Sequence record: MW735835.1
From: Pseudomonas phage pPa_SNUABM_DT01
DNA: 64,000 nt
Direction: 5' to 3' (one strand)
Made by a program: the position numbers and the translations under genes. Of this stretch, positions 9,169 to 18,139 are shown one piece after another. The notes under the pieces were generated by a model. It saw only the letters and a program-made list of their open reading frames with translations. It was not told the origin of the DNA and did not search any database. The stretch's first letter is position 1; the number at the start of each line of letters is the position of its first letter.

Positions 9169-9456
9169 ATGGATTATTTTCACGTCTTTCGACAAGAAGG
9201 TCCGGTGTGCGTCTGCTTGACTCAATCACCGAACCACATCTATCAATGGGATAAATCTCGCGACTATGTGGCCAGTCATGTCATTGAGTTGCATGGTAAA
9301 TGTTATCACTTGTTCATCTCGGGTGCTGAGAACATGACCATGCTTCGACAAGACAAGCACGCGGCGACTCGATTCGCTCGAGATTTCATCTGCAAAGGCA
9401 ACGATGAATTTCTGGATATTGCTCGTATCCTGTTTAACCATCCGAGGAAGTTTTAA
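9169..9456 (+). CDS. hypothetical protein (95 aa)
   Basis: 'ccaagaggatgccgtcATG' RBS. Confidence 0.5.
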   Translation: MDYFHVFRQEGPVCVCLTQSPNHIYQWDKSRDYVASHVIELHGKCYHLFISGAENMTMLRQDKHAATRFARDFICKGNDEFLDIARILFNHPRKF

Positions 9457-10047
9457 GTGGCGACCAAACAACAAAAGAAAATGAAGAAGGCGCGCAAGAT
9501 GCGCGAGAAACAGATCAAAGTCTTCTGGGGTATTGGATTTCTGATCGTGCTGGCAATTGGCCTTGTCTGGGCCAAACCGAGCCATGCAGCGGTGGTCGTG
9601 TCCCGTCCGGTCATAGTGGCCAGGCCAGCGGTCACACCACCGCCACCTCGGGTATCGCCCACTCGTGTGTCCAGCACACCGACCCCCAAAGCAGCCACTG
9701 CCACCGGTGCTCACCCTACGCAACGCTATAGCTCCAGCCTGAGCGGTAGTTCGTCCTCGCCGACGTTCTTGCCGATGTACATCCCGATCTACCTGCCGAG
9801 TGCTTCAACTCCTGGTACGGTCGAGAAAGTCGATGTGGCCACTCCCATGTTGACCAAGTGCACGCAGGAGCAGTTCCAGCAGGCGAAGCTGTGGCAGCAG
9901 GACTGCAAGCAGCTGGAAGACATCAGTGACCGTTACTGTCCGATCCTGTCGTACTTCCGTTACTGTAAGGAGGCCCAGCCTGACGAGATCAAAGAACTCA
10001 AGCAGGCAGGTCCGAACTACAAGCACGTCTACCTGATCCCGGAGTGA
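9457..10047 (+). CDS. membrane-anchored proline/serine-rich protein (196 aa)
   Basis: Basic N-terminus 'KKMKKARKMREK', TM 'VFWGIGFLIVLAIGLVWA', then PPPPRVSPTRVSSTPTPK low-complexity, Cys-containing C-terminal domain. Confidence 0.5.
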   Translation: MATKQQKKMKKARKMREKQIKVFWGIGFLIVLAIGLVWAKPSHAAVVVSRPVIVARPAVTPPPPRVSPTRVSSTPTPKAATATGAHPTQRYSSSLSGSSSSPTFLPMYIPIYLPSASTPGTVEKVDVATPMLTKCTQEQFQQAKLWQQDCKQLEDISDRYCPILSYFRYCKEAQPDEIKELKQAGPNYKHVYLIPE

Positions 10048-10050
10048 CGC

Positions 10051-10422
10051 ATGGACGAGAACGAATACCCACTCAAACAGTGGAAGTCCAACGAACTGCT
10101 CAAGGCTGCCTGCAAGCACCTCCTTGAACAGCCGGAGTACGTGGCTATGGATGTGGCTCAGCGGGACGAGATGGTCCGCTTTGCTCACGCCTTGCGTCGC
10201 AAACTCATGTTGGTCGTGGATAAGCCCGATCAGGCGGATAAAGACTTCCTCCTGCGGGGTTTCTCTAGCCTGTATGACATCGAGATCACCACCGACGATC
10301 ACCTGCGTTACGTCGTGACCATCCATGGCTATACCTTCGTCTTCATCATGGGGATTCCACTCGGTGACAATAAAATCCATCCCGCTATGCAGATACTGTT
10401 CCCGGAAGGACGTGATAGTTGA
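10051..10422 (+). CDS. hypothetical protein (123 aa)
   Basis: ORF track; starts 4 nt after the upstream stop. Confidence 0.5.
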   Translation: MDENEYPLKQWKSNELLKAACKHLLEQPEYVAMDVAQRDEMVRFAHALRRKLMLVVDKPDQADKDFLLRGFSSLYDIEITTDDHLRYVVTIHGYTFVFIMGIPLGDNKIHPAMQILFPEGRDS

Positions 10423-10482
10423 CGGCTTCTTCCCGTATTGCATTGACTACAACCGCTGTGCCATTCACAAGGACACAAATTG

Positions 10483-11904
10483 ATGATTCCGCAGAACTTG
10501 CTCGCTCTTAACGAGAACTTCATGACCCCGACCGACGACGTGTATCACGGCCTGATCGAGGACGTGCTCACCAACGGCAACTACAAGGGTGACCGTACCG
10601 GTACCGGCACCTTCGCCGTCGTGGGCCGTATGGCTCGTTACAACCTGATGAACGGCCGTAGCCCTCGACCGACCACCAAGGCCATGAGCGACAACCCCGA
10701 ACGCGAACTGTTGTGGTTCCGCAATGGTTCGTCTTCCATCAAAGAGCTACGTGACCAGAAAATCGGCATCTGGAACAGCTGGTTGATGCCTGGCTCGGCC
10801 AAGTACCGCCCGATGACCGTGGAAGAGATGAAACCCGGTATCATCAAGCATTACAAAGAGCAGGGTTACGACGACGTCGAGTTCGCTCCATATGCTGAAG
10901 GCGATGAAGACGTCACCGGTAAGTGGTTCACCGAGACCGGCATCAATCTCAACCCGAATGAAAAGACGCCCAAGGTGCGCACGGTAGGTTATGCTGGCAC
11001 GGCTGATCTGGCTGATTTCTACGCATGGCTATTGAGCATGAAAGCTCAAGTGCTGGTCGATGGTGATATCGGTCCTGGTGGCTACGGTCCTCAATGGCGC
11101 CACTGGCAGGACACTCAGCTCATCGACGAGAGCGAACTGCCAGCATACCAAGCTCAAGGTTACCAGCACGTCATCGACGTGCGTGACAGCGAAGCCTTCT
11201 ATGGCAAGGTTGTGGTACACCGTGAGATCGACCAGCTGGCCAATGCGATCAAGCTGCTCCGTGAGGACCCGAACAGTCGGCGCATCATCGTGACTGCCTG
11301 GAACCCGGCACTGACCTGGAAAGCCGCTCTGCCTCCGTGCCACCTGTACTTCCAGTTCATCTCCCACGAGCTGACCTTGGAGCAGCGTTACATCATCGCC
11401 AAGGACCGTATGCTGCTCGAGAAGTACGACATCGCTCGTCATGAACAGCAAACCGGCATGATGGACTGCGCCCTGCGCACCTGGAACGAATACGACATCC
11501 AGATCGACCGTCGTCACAAGACCGATGAAGAACTGCATGTCGTGATGGATCAGTTGCAGATCCCTCGCCGTGGCCTGTACGGCTTCGTTCTGCTGCGTTC
11601 CAACGACCTCGGCCTGGGACAGCCGTTCAACGTCGCTCAGTACGCCAGCCTGACTCACATGGTCGCCCAGTGTGTCGGCATGGCTCCGCTCGAACTGGTC
11701 TGGACTGCCGTGGATGCTCACGTGTATTCCAACCACGTCGAGGCACTGCGCGAACAGCTGGAACTCGAGTCCAAGGAATGTATCCCGCGGATCGTTCTGA
11801 CCAAAGGCATCACCGACATCGACGCGTTCACCATCTCCGACATCAAGATCATTGACCACGAGATGCACAAGGCGCTGTCGGACAAGATGCCAGTCGCCGT
11901 CTGA
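10483..11904 (+). CDS. thyA: thymidylate-synthase-family enzyme (ThyA fold, 473 aa, two large insertions); could be ThyA or a dUMP hydroxymethylase
   Basis: 'DRTGTGT', 'RRIIVTAWNP', catalytic 'LPPCHLYFQF', 'RSNDLGLG', 'DAHVYSNH' all collinear with E. coli ThyA (264 aa), but ~95 aa extra after 'IWNSW' and ~55 aa extra after 'FQF'. Confidence 0.8.
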   Translation: MIPQNLLALNENFMTPTDDVYHGLIEDVLTNGNYKGDRTGTGTFAVVGRMARYNLMNGRSPRPTTKAMSDNPERELLWFRNGSSSIKELRDQKIGIWNSWLMPGSAKYRPMTVEEMKPGIIKHYKEQGYDDVEFAPYAEGDEDVTGKWFTETGINLNPNEKTPKVRTVGYAGTADLADFYAWLLSMKAQVLVDGDIGPGGYGPQWRHWQDTQLIDESELPAYQAQGYQHVIDVRDSEAFYGKVVVHREIDQLANAIKLLREDPNSRRIIVTAWNPALTWKAALPPCHLYFQFISHELTLEQRYIIAKDRMLLEKYDIARHEQQTGMMDCALRTWNEYDIQIDRRHKTDEELHVVMDQLQIPRRGLYGFVLLRSNDLGLGQPFNVAQYASLTHMVAQCVGMAPLELVWTAVDAHVYSNHVEALREQLELESKECIPRIVLTKGITDIDAFTISDIKIIDHEMHKALSDKMPVAV

Positions 11905-12122
11905 TGCTTGAGACGGTAGAAAAGGATGGGGAGTACTTCTCCCCATCCGGTCTGCGCTTCAAAGTGTTGCACCTTGGCAAACATGGCCAGGATTGTTCGT
12001 GGCCAATGGTCATCTACACCAACCTCGAACCCACCCATGATCGCCCTGCTGGCGAAATCTGGGTGATCGAGGAGACGTTGTTCATGAAGCAGTTCTCCGA
12101 TCAAGTACAGGAATCTCCATGA
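11904..12122 (+). CDS. hypothetical protein (72 aa)
   Basis: ATG overlaps the thyA stop (TGATG). Confidence 0.4.
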   Translation: MLETVEKDGEYFSPSGLRFKVLHLGKHGQDCSWPMVIYTNLEPTHDRPAGEIWVIEETLFMKQFSDQVQESP

Positions 12123-12319
12123 ATCATACTCGCAACGCTGTCCGATTCTTCATTGTGATCTTCTGGATCATCGTGATCGGATTGGGGTACACCGTCATTT
12201 CGCATTCCGGCAATGCGTACGCGCTTAGCTGGGCGTCTTGGTTGTTTTACGCTGTTGTAACCATCGTGGTGCTGTATATCGGCGCCGTACTCTCCTTCAA
12301 ACTCTGGAACATCAAATGA
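12119..12319 (+). CDS. small membrane protein (66 aa, 2 TM)
   Basis: ATGA overlap; 'FFIVIFWIIVIGLGY' and 'WLFYAVVTIVVLYIGAVL'. Confidence 0.45.
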   Translation: MNHTRNAVRFFIVIFWIIVIGLGYTVISHSGNAYALSWASWLFYAVVTIVVLYIGAVLSFKLWNIK

Positions 12320-13017
12320 AGAACATCTTCGCTGCTGTACTCATCATGCTCGCCATCGTTGGTTGCAGCCGTACCCCGTCGAACGTCCACGTGATCTCGA
12401 CGACCAACTGCGGCGCATCGTGGGAGAAGCTCTCCGTCGGCTCCACTGTTCCCAAGCACACTGGCAACCCGTGCGGCTACACCGTGGCTCTGCCGAACTG
12501 GCCGATGGCCGGCGACACTCAGTTCAAGACCCAATTCTCCAAGAAGGTCCTGAGCAACGCGAAGATGTCGTACACCTACACCATCACCGATCCGCTTCTG
12601 TTCATCAACGAAGCACGCTACCTCGGCAAGATGGGCGGCTCCCTCGAACTCTCTGCTGACAGCGTCGGCAGCCGTTACGAGATGGCTGAGAACATCATCA
12701 TCGACAAGATGCTGCGTGAGGTGACGACTGAGCTGACTCGTGATCTGGACGTCGTCGATGCCAACCCGGCTGAGATCGAAGATGCGATCCTGAAGACCGC
12801 CAAGGACACCCTGGAGAAGAAAGGCATCGTCCTGAGCGATCTCGCCCTGGTCATCGAGAACGATGATCTGACTCGTCTGGCTATCGACGCCGCTACGGCG
12901 ATCCGTGTGTACGAAGCTGCTGGCATCCGTTCGGTCGGCGAAAGCGTCATGACTGCTCGTGCCGGAGCTACCAAGATCCAGGTCATCACTGCCGCCGACG
13001 GCAACCCGGAACAGTAA
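12316..13017 (+). CDS. lipoprotein with SPFH/band-7-like domain
   Basis: Signal peptide plus lipobox 'LAIVGC'; C-terminal Ala-rich helical region typical of SPFH proteins. Confidence 0.5.
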   Translation: MKNIFAAVLIMLAIVGCSRTPSNVHVISTTNCGASWEKLSVGSTVPKHTGNPCGYTVALPNWPMAGDTQFKTQFSKKVLSNAKMSYTYTITDPLLFINEARYLGKMGGSLELSADSVGSRYEMAENIIIDKMLREVTTELTRDLDVVDANPAEIEDAILKTAKDTLEKKGIVLSDLALVIENDDLTRLAIDAATAIRVYEAAGIRSVGESVMTARAGATKIQVITAADGNPEQ

Positions 13018-13021
13018 CGCT

Positions 13022-13288
13022 ATGGTCGTGACAGGAAGACGGCCCAACATGACCCATGTCTCGGGTGCGTTCTATCTTGTTCGCACCCAGGCTGGCCTGA
13101 AGAAAGCCATCAAGCATTACTTCGACGAAGACGATGCCAAGATGGATGTGCACGGCTATCCGAAGAAGTACCCGGCGTTGATTAGTCTCAATACCGGGTA
13201 TCAGGGCTACTGGTACATCGTCGTCAAGCAAGTACATCTGAACGATCTGAAGAAGGTCCTACTGGACCAAGGTGAAATCAAGGAGTAG
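13022..13288 (+). CDS. hypothetical protein (88 aa), start uncertain (alt ATG 13049)
   Basis: ORF track sub-start. Confidence 0.4.
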   Translation: MVVTGRRPNMTHVSGAFYLVRTQAGLKKAIKHYFDEDDAKMDVHGYPKKYPALISLNTGYQGYWYIVVKQVHLNDLKKVLLDQGEIKE

Positions 13289-13290
13289 TT

Positions 13291-13473
13291 GTGGACAAAC
13301 GTACTTTCATGCTTCAGTTCATCCTGAATGCACGTCGTTCTGGCCGTGATCGGGATATCCATAGCGAACGCGATCGTAGTGAAATTGTGGATGCAGCTGA
13401 AGATCTGTGGAACAAGGTAAACGAGAAGTGTGGCCCGGTAGCTAATCCGCACACCCCTGTGCCGAGACCCTGA
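13291..13473 (+). CDS. small basic protein (60 aa)
   Basis: GTG start right after the upstream stop. Confidence 0.35.
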   Translation: MDKRTFMLQFILNARRSGRDRDIHSERDRSEIVDAAEDLWNKVNEKCGPVANPHTPVPRP

Positions 13474-13489
13474 CGATAAGGAGAAAACA

Positions 13490-14527
13490 ATGGGTGGTAA
13501 TGCACTGGCTCCGTTTGGAGCGCGTCGCGTAGACGCAAAGACTGCAAAAGCAGTGACCAGAAAGATGTTCGACGTGATGTCTGCTATCGCGGTCAAGCAC
13601 GGCCTGGTTCTGAACATGCACCTGATTCCGGCTTATCGCACCAAGCCGGACTTCGGTGACCTGGACTTCGTCGTTGACAGTCGCTTCATGCAGGGGATCG
13701 ACCGTACCACCCTCCTTGCCGAGTTGAAAGAACACTTCAACGCGGACATTCCGTTCAACAATGGTGGAACGGTGCTAAGTGTTGGCGTTCCGTTGGAAGA
13801 AGGTGGGTGTCTACAAGTCGATCTCATCTGGACTGCCGAAGAGAACATCAACACTTCGTTGGCGTACTTTGCCTGGAACGATCTCGGTAACCTGATGGGT
13901 CGGATCGCGCACAAGTTCGGTTTGAAGTATGGCCATGATGGTTTGTGGATCGTCCTCCGTGACGGCACCTATGAGTTCGGCAAGATCCTCATCACGCGGG
14001 ACACTGCCGAAGCTCTGACCTTCATGGGCTACGATCCCGTACGTTGGCTAGAAGGGTTCGAAACCCGTGACGATATCTACCGTTTCACGGCATCGACTCG
14101 TTTCTTCAACAAAGCGATCTTCGAACTGGACAACCGGAACCACACGGCACGGGTACGTGAGAAGAAACGTCCTGTGTACATGGAGTTCCTGGAGTGGGTG
14201 AAGAACCCGCCGTTCGAGTTGGCTGAGTACGAGTTCCCTGCGGACAAGTCGCTGAACCTCCCTCGTCTGTTTGAAGTGTTCCCACATGTCAAGCCGATCT
14301 ACGAGAAAGAGTGGGCGAAGCTGGAAGAGCAGAAGTACCTCAAGACCCGGTTCAACGCAAGCCTTGTGAAAGAAATCACAGGGCGTGAAGATCGGGCGCT
14401 GGGTGATTACATGAAGCACTTCAAAGCAAACCACTGGAGTGCACTGGCGGACATCCGGAATATGTCGGACGACCAAGTCCGTGACCTGATCGTCCGTGTC
14501 GAGAAGGAATTGACTGAGATGGCGTAA
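13490..14527 (+). CDS. hypothetical protein (345 aa), possible degenerate Pol-beta-type nucleotidyltransferase fold
   Basis: 'AYRTKPDFGDLDFVVDS' resembles the hG[GS]x9-13DhD motif (GS replaced by AY); immediately upstream of cca. Confidence 0.55.
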   Translation: MGGNALAPFGARRVDAKTAKAVTRKMFDVMSAIAVKHGLVLNMHLIPAYRTKPDFGDLDFVVDSRFMQGIDRTTLLAELKEHFNADIPFNNGGTVLSVGVPLEEGGCLQVDLIWTAEENINTSLAYFAWNDLGNLMGRIAHKFGLKYGHDGLWIVLRDGTYEFGKILITRDTAEALTFMGYDPVRWLEGFETRDDIYRFTASTRFFNKAIFELDNRNHTARVREKKRPVYMEFLEWVKNPPFELAEYEFPADKSLNLPRLFEVFPHVKPIYEKEWAKLEEQKYLKTRFNASLVKEITGREDRALGDYMKHFKANHWSALADIRNMSDDQVRDLIVRVEKELTEMA

Positions 14528-14547
14528 GCTACTCATAAGGAGTCTAA

Positions 14548-15858
14548 ATGGAAGTATTTCTGGTAGGTGGGTTTGTCCGGGATACACTTCTCGGACTCTC
14601 GCCGAACGATCGCGACTATGTCGTGGTTGGAGAAAGCCCAGAAAGCATGCTGGCGAAGGGGTTCACCCAAGTGGGTGGCCACTTCCCGGTATTCTTGCAT
14701 CCCGAAACCCAAGAAGAATATGCCCTGGCCCGGCAAGAGGTGAGCACCGGTGACGGTTACGGTGACTTCACCTATAACTGGGACGGGGTGTCGCTCGAGA
14801 TGGACTTGAGCCGTCGTGATTTGACGATCAATGCCATGGCGATTGACACCAACGGTGAAGTGGTAGACCTGTTTGGAGGGGTAGCTGACCTCAACGCACG
14901 ACTACTGCGGCACGTAGGTCCTGCATTCGTTGAAGACCCGTTACGGATCATGCGTGTGGCTCGTCTGTCTGCGGTATTGGGCTTCGACATCGCGTACGAA
15001 ACCATGGCCCTCATGAAAGAAATGGTGGCCAAGGGCATGCTTCAGGCGTTACCGGGCGAACGCGTGTGGAAAGAGACTGAGAAGGCTCTGCTCAGCAAAG
15101 AACCGAGTCGGTATTTCAAGGTGCTGAAGGAATGCGGTGCTCTCCATGTCTGGTTCCCTGAACTGGACTTGATGGATCGTGTCCCGCAGCGTCCTGATTA
15201 CCACGCTGAAGGCGATGTCTGGGTGCACACCCTGATGGTGCTGGATGAATCGGTGCCGCTGACCATGCATTTGGATCGTGAGCGTTGCTTGCGAGTGCGT
15301 TACGCCACGTTGACGCATGACTTCGGTAAGCTGGGCACACCGCAGAAGCTCTTGTGGGCAGATGACGGTGAGTTGCTGGGCAAACACCATGGTCATGAGG
15401 ACCCAGATCGCTTTGGTCCGTTCCTGATGGCCTTCTCCAACCGGATTAAGGTGCCTACTCGCCTGCGTAAGTTCGCTCATGTCGTGTCGGTCATTCATCA
15501 GAATGTCCACTCGATCAAGAAGATGTCTCCTAAGGGCCTGGTGTCGTTGTTCGACAAGGTCGGCGGTAACCGTTCCATTCGCGATGATGAATACTACCTG
15601 GAAGATCTCTCGATCGCCTGCTTGGCTGATAGCCTCGGTAGGCTGATAACCAAAGAAGATGGGTCGCTGGCTCAGATTCCCGGGTATCCTCAAGGCCAGT
15701 ACTTCATCGACACCATGACACTCATCAACAACGTCGATGCTGGCGAGATCATGCAGAAAGAACTGGCCAAACGATGGCCGGTGAAGAAAGCACTGGAGAG
15801 CGTCCGGTCTGCTCGCAGTAAGGCAGTCGCTCCCTACGTCCGATCCCATAAATCTTAG
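14548..15858 (+). CDS. cca: multifunctional CCA-adding tRNA nucleotidyltransferase with HD-domain phosphohydrolase
   Basis: 'LVGGFVRDTLLG..DRDYVVVG', 'RRDLTINAMA', 'FPVFLHP..EEYALAR', HD motifs 'HTLMVL..THDFGK'; near full-length collinearity with E. coli Cca. Confidence 0.9.
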   Translation: MEVFLVGGFVRDTLLGLSPNDRDYVVVGESPESMLAKGFTQVGGHFPVFLHPETQEEYALARQEVSTGDGYGDFTYNWDGVSLEMDLSRRDLTINAMAIDTNGEVVDLFGGVADLNARLLRHVGPAFVEDPLRIMRVARLSAVLGFDIAYETMALMKEMVAKGMLQALPGERVWKETEKALLSKEPSRYFKVLKECGALHVWFPELDLMDRVPQRPDYHAEGDVWVHTLMVLDESVPLTMHLDRERCLRVRYATLTHDFGKLGTPQKLLWADDGELLGKHHGHEDPDRFGPFLMAFSNRIKVPTRLRKFAHVVSVIHQNVHSIKKMSPKGLVSLFDKVGGNRSIRDDEYYLEDLSIACLADSLGRLITKEDGSLAQIPGYPQGQYFIDTMTLINNVDAGEIMQKELAKRWPVKKALESVRSARSKAVAPYVRSHKS

Positions 15859-15866
15859 GAGTCCGT

Positions 15867-16364
15867 ATGGACCGTGAGTTTCTTGCTGAAATCGATCCTA
15901 TCATCGCACAGATCAAGTCCGATGATGCAGGCAACTACGTCTTCCACCCGACCGAGAAGTCGTACGCCCTGATCCTGATCGACCGTACCATCGACATCTA
16001 CGCTCGCATCCAGCACACCGGCCTGCAAGAGGCCATGAAGGACATGTGCGGCGTATTCGACCTCGTGTACGAGCCGCCGCAGGGCTGGAAGCTGAACGGG
16101 GTGTCATCGTTCTCGATCACTCTGATCGGCCAACGTGTCGACGTGTCGCTCGAGTTCTCCCGACACAACCCTGAAGACTCGAGCGTCATCGAGAAGGACC
16201 GGAAGGACTACGTGATCGAGCTGGCGAACTTCGCCGAGCGTGTCTACCTGTGTCGTATCCTCAGTGGCATCAATGTCAACATGCCTGTACACCGTAACCG
16301 TCAGCTGGACTTCGTGTTCACGTACGACGGTAAGGAACTGGCTATCAGTAAGCCGGGGGAGTGA
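15867..16364 (+). CDS. hypothetical protein (165 aa)
   Basis: ORF track; GGAGTCCGTATG RBS. Confidence 0.55.
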   Translation: MDREFLAEIDPIIAQIKSDDAGNYVFHPTEKSYALILIDRTIDIYARIQHTGLQEAMKDMCGVFDLVYEPPQGWKLNGVSSFSITLIGQRVDVSLEFSRHNPEDSSVIEKDRKDYVIELANFAERVYLCRILSGINVNMPVHRNRQLDFVFTYDGKELAISKPGE

Positions 16365-17005
16365 TGAACCACTTTCTTACTCGTCTGGAAGGTAAGCTGC
16401 TGGTAGTCCTTGAGACGAATCCCAGTGCTAACCTTCCATACCACAACAACGAACACATGAAACAGATGTGGGCGCTGGCCAGGACCATCTGGGAACGTGA
16501 GGAGGAAGATGTCGGTCTGGGCGATTCCACTTGGAACTACGTGGTGCTGATGTTCGCCTGCCTGTTCCATGATTGGGATCATTCCGGTGGCCACGACTCC
16601 GATCACTACAACGTGCTCCGGGCTCGTGAGTTCGTCGAAGAGCTGATCGCCAAGAATGGTTACACCCTCCCGGGGCGTGTCATCAAGGCGATTGACGATG
16701 CGATCGCCGTGACCGAGTTCCCCTTCGTTATCCAGCCGAAGAATCGACTGGAAGCAGTGATTCGCGATGCGGACTCACTGTATGCCACTCATCGTCGCGA
16801 CCCTACCGTCATCATTGACGGCTTGCGTCAAGAGATGGAAGTCAAGTTTGGCAATGCGATCTCTGACCAGCAGATGCTGGACGGTCATATCGACTTCATG
16901 GCCAAGACCACCATGTTCACCAAAACCGCCCACGATATCTGGGCTGCCAACGCGCAGCCGTTCGTGGAAGACCTGAAACGCTACGTTAAAGAACGAGGTA
17001 ATTGA
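16361..17005 (+). CDS. HD-domain phosphohydrolase
   Basis: 'YHNNEHMKQMWALA' ... 'FHDWDHSGGHDSDH' (H...HD...D metal-binding pattern). Confidence 0.55.
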   Translation: MMNHFLTRLEGKLLVVLETNPSANLPYHNNEHMKQMWALARTIWEREEEDVGLGDSTWNYVVLMFACLFHDWDHSGGHDSDHYNVLRAREFVEELIAKNGYTLPGRVIKAIDDAIAVTEFPFVIQPKNRLEAVIRDADSLYATHRRDPTVIIDGLRQEMEVKFGNAISDQQMLDGHIDFMAKTTMFTKTAHDIWAANAQPFVEDLKRYVKERGN

Positions 17006-17310
17006 TGTCTACTCACCAGGTACGCAGCTACACCCTGAGCGGTGCTGCCATGGACGTGTTCACCAAGCTGTATCACAAAGGTCCGCAGGAAGACGGCGAT
17101 CTGCCGAGCAAAGCCGGCATGACCGAATTGATCGATCTCGGCCTGGCCAAGAAAGACACCCGTCAAGACGGCATCAACAAGCTGACCAAACTCGGTGAGC
17201 ATGAAGCGGGCGTGTACTTCACCCAAGTGGCCGTCAACAAGCAGCAAGAAGAAGCTGCTGCACGTGAAGCCGAGGAAGAGGATACCACCGATGAAGCAGA
17301 GCAGGCGTAA
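17005..17310 (+). CDS. acidic hypothetical protein (101 aa)
   Basis: ATGA overlap with the upstream stop; C-terminal 'EEAAAREAEEEDTTDEAEQA'. Confidence 0.5.
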   Translation: MSTHQVRSYTLSGAAMDVFTKLYHKGPQEDGDLPSKAGMTELIDLGLAKKDTRQDGINKLTKLGEHEAGVYFTQVAVNKQQEEAAAREAEEEDTTDEAEQA

Positions 17311-17587
17311 TTTCCTGCGGATGATCGGTGTAGGTGCAGGAGCGGCAATTGCCGCTCCTGTGTTTGCACTGGTCCCTGAACCGCAGGTCGACTTGGCCGC
17401 CCTCGAAGCTGAGTATCATCAGAAGGTCCTTGACGATCTGCTGACCCGCATCCGTGAAGGCGTCTACGAACAGGTCCAGAATAGCAACTACGAAACTGCC
17501 CTCGAAGCTGCTCGTGGTGACGCGTTTGCCAACATGCTCTTTCAGAACCGGGTGGTAACGCCCGATGAAGTTGGACTCTTCGTATAA
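17291..17587 (+). CDS. Tat-signal-peptide protein (98 aa)
   Basis: 'MKQSRRNFLRMIGVGAGAAIAAPVFA' is a twin-arginine (S-R-R-x-F-L) signal peptide with an AxA cleavage site. Confidence 0.5.
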   Translation: MKQSRRNFLRMIGVGAGAAIAAPVFALVPEPQVDLAALEAEYHQKVLDDLLTRIREGVYEQVQNSNYETALEAARGDAFANMLFQNRVVTPDEVGLFV

Positions 17588-17617
17588 ACGCTCTAAGAGC
17601 ACAACAAGGACTAAGAA

Positions 17618-18040
17618 ATGAAGAAGTACAGCCTGTTTCTCGCCGTCGCTTTCGCTTCCCTGACCCACATCGCCCCGACTCAAGCAGCCGAGATCATCGG
17701 CGAGGTAACGGCGGTCGTCGAGAAGGCAACCTGCACGCTCGTAGCGAAGGAAGACACCACCGGGAAGACCGTGGTAGGTGGTGGCGCTGGCGCGGTCGGT
17801 GGGGCCGTTGTAGGCCGTCTGATAGGGGGTAAGAAAGGTACCGGGTGGGGTGCACTGATTGGTGCCGGTGCTGGTGCCCTGATCGGTAACAACATGGGCG
17901 ACGAGACCTACTCGTGCAACCTGATCATTACTGCTGATGGCAAGCGCCAGATGGTCGATGCGACCACCGAGAAGAAGCTCAAGCAGGGTGACCAGATCAC
18001 CCTGATCAAGACCGACGACGGGAAACTGTCTGTCATGTGA
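17618..18040 (+). CDS. secreted glycine-zipper protein (140 aa)
   Basis: Signal peptide 'MKKYSLFLAVAFASLTHIAPTQA'; 'GGGAGAVGGAVVGRLIGG..GWGALIGAGAGALIGN' glycine-zipper motif. Confidence 0.6.
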   Translation: MKKYSLFLAVAFASLTHIAPTQAAEIIGEVTAVVEKATCTLVAKEDTTGKTVVGGGAGAVGGAVVGRLIGGKKGTGWGALIGAGAGALIGNNMGDETYSCNLIITADGKRQMVDATTEKKLKQGDQITLIKTDDGKLSVM

Positions 18041-18047
18041 TCCAAGC

Positions 18048-18072
18048 GTCCGAGGGGTAACTCCCTCGGACT
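18048..18072 (+). terminator. hairpin gtccgagggg-taac-tccctcggac followed by TGTATACCGC
   Basis: 10-bp stem after the stop codon. Confidence 0.5.
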
Positions 18073-18094
18073 GTATACCGCATTGGATTTTTCT

Positions 18095-18110
18095 TTGGTC
18101 CTACATTATC
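18095..18110 (+). promoter_or_regulatory. 'CTACATTAT' -10-like box upstream of gene 18140
   Basis: Same TACATTAT element as at 30101 and 38150; no well-spaced -35 here. Confidence 0.3.
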
Positions 18111-18139
18111 CAGCAGCACTAAGCTAAGGGGGTAACACC

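Noticed and set aside
13490-14527. Annotation as a cGAS/DncV-like or MNT nucleotidyltransferase
   Set aside because: Only the DxD part of the motif is present; the G[GS] dipeptide is replaced by A-Y. Too weak to call without a profile search, so it is left as hypothetical with a note.
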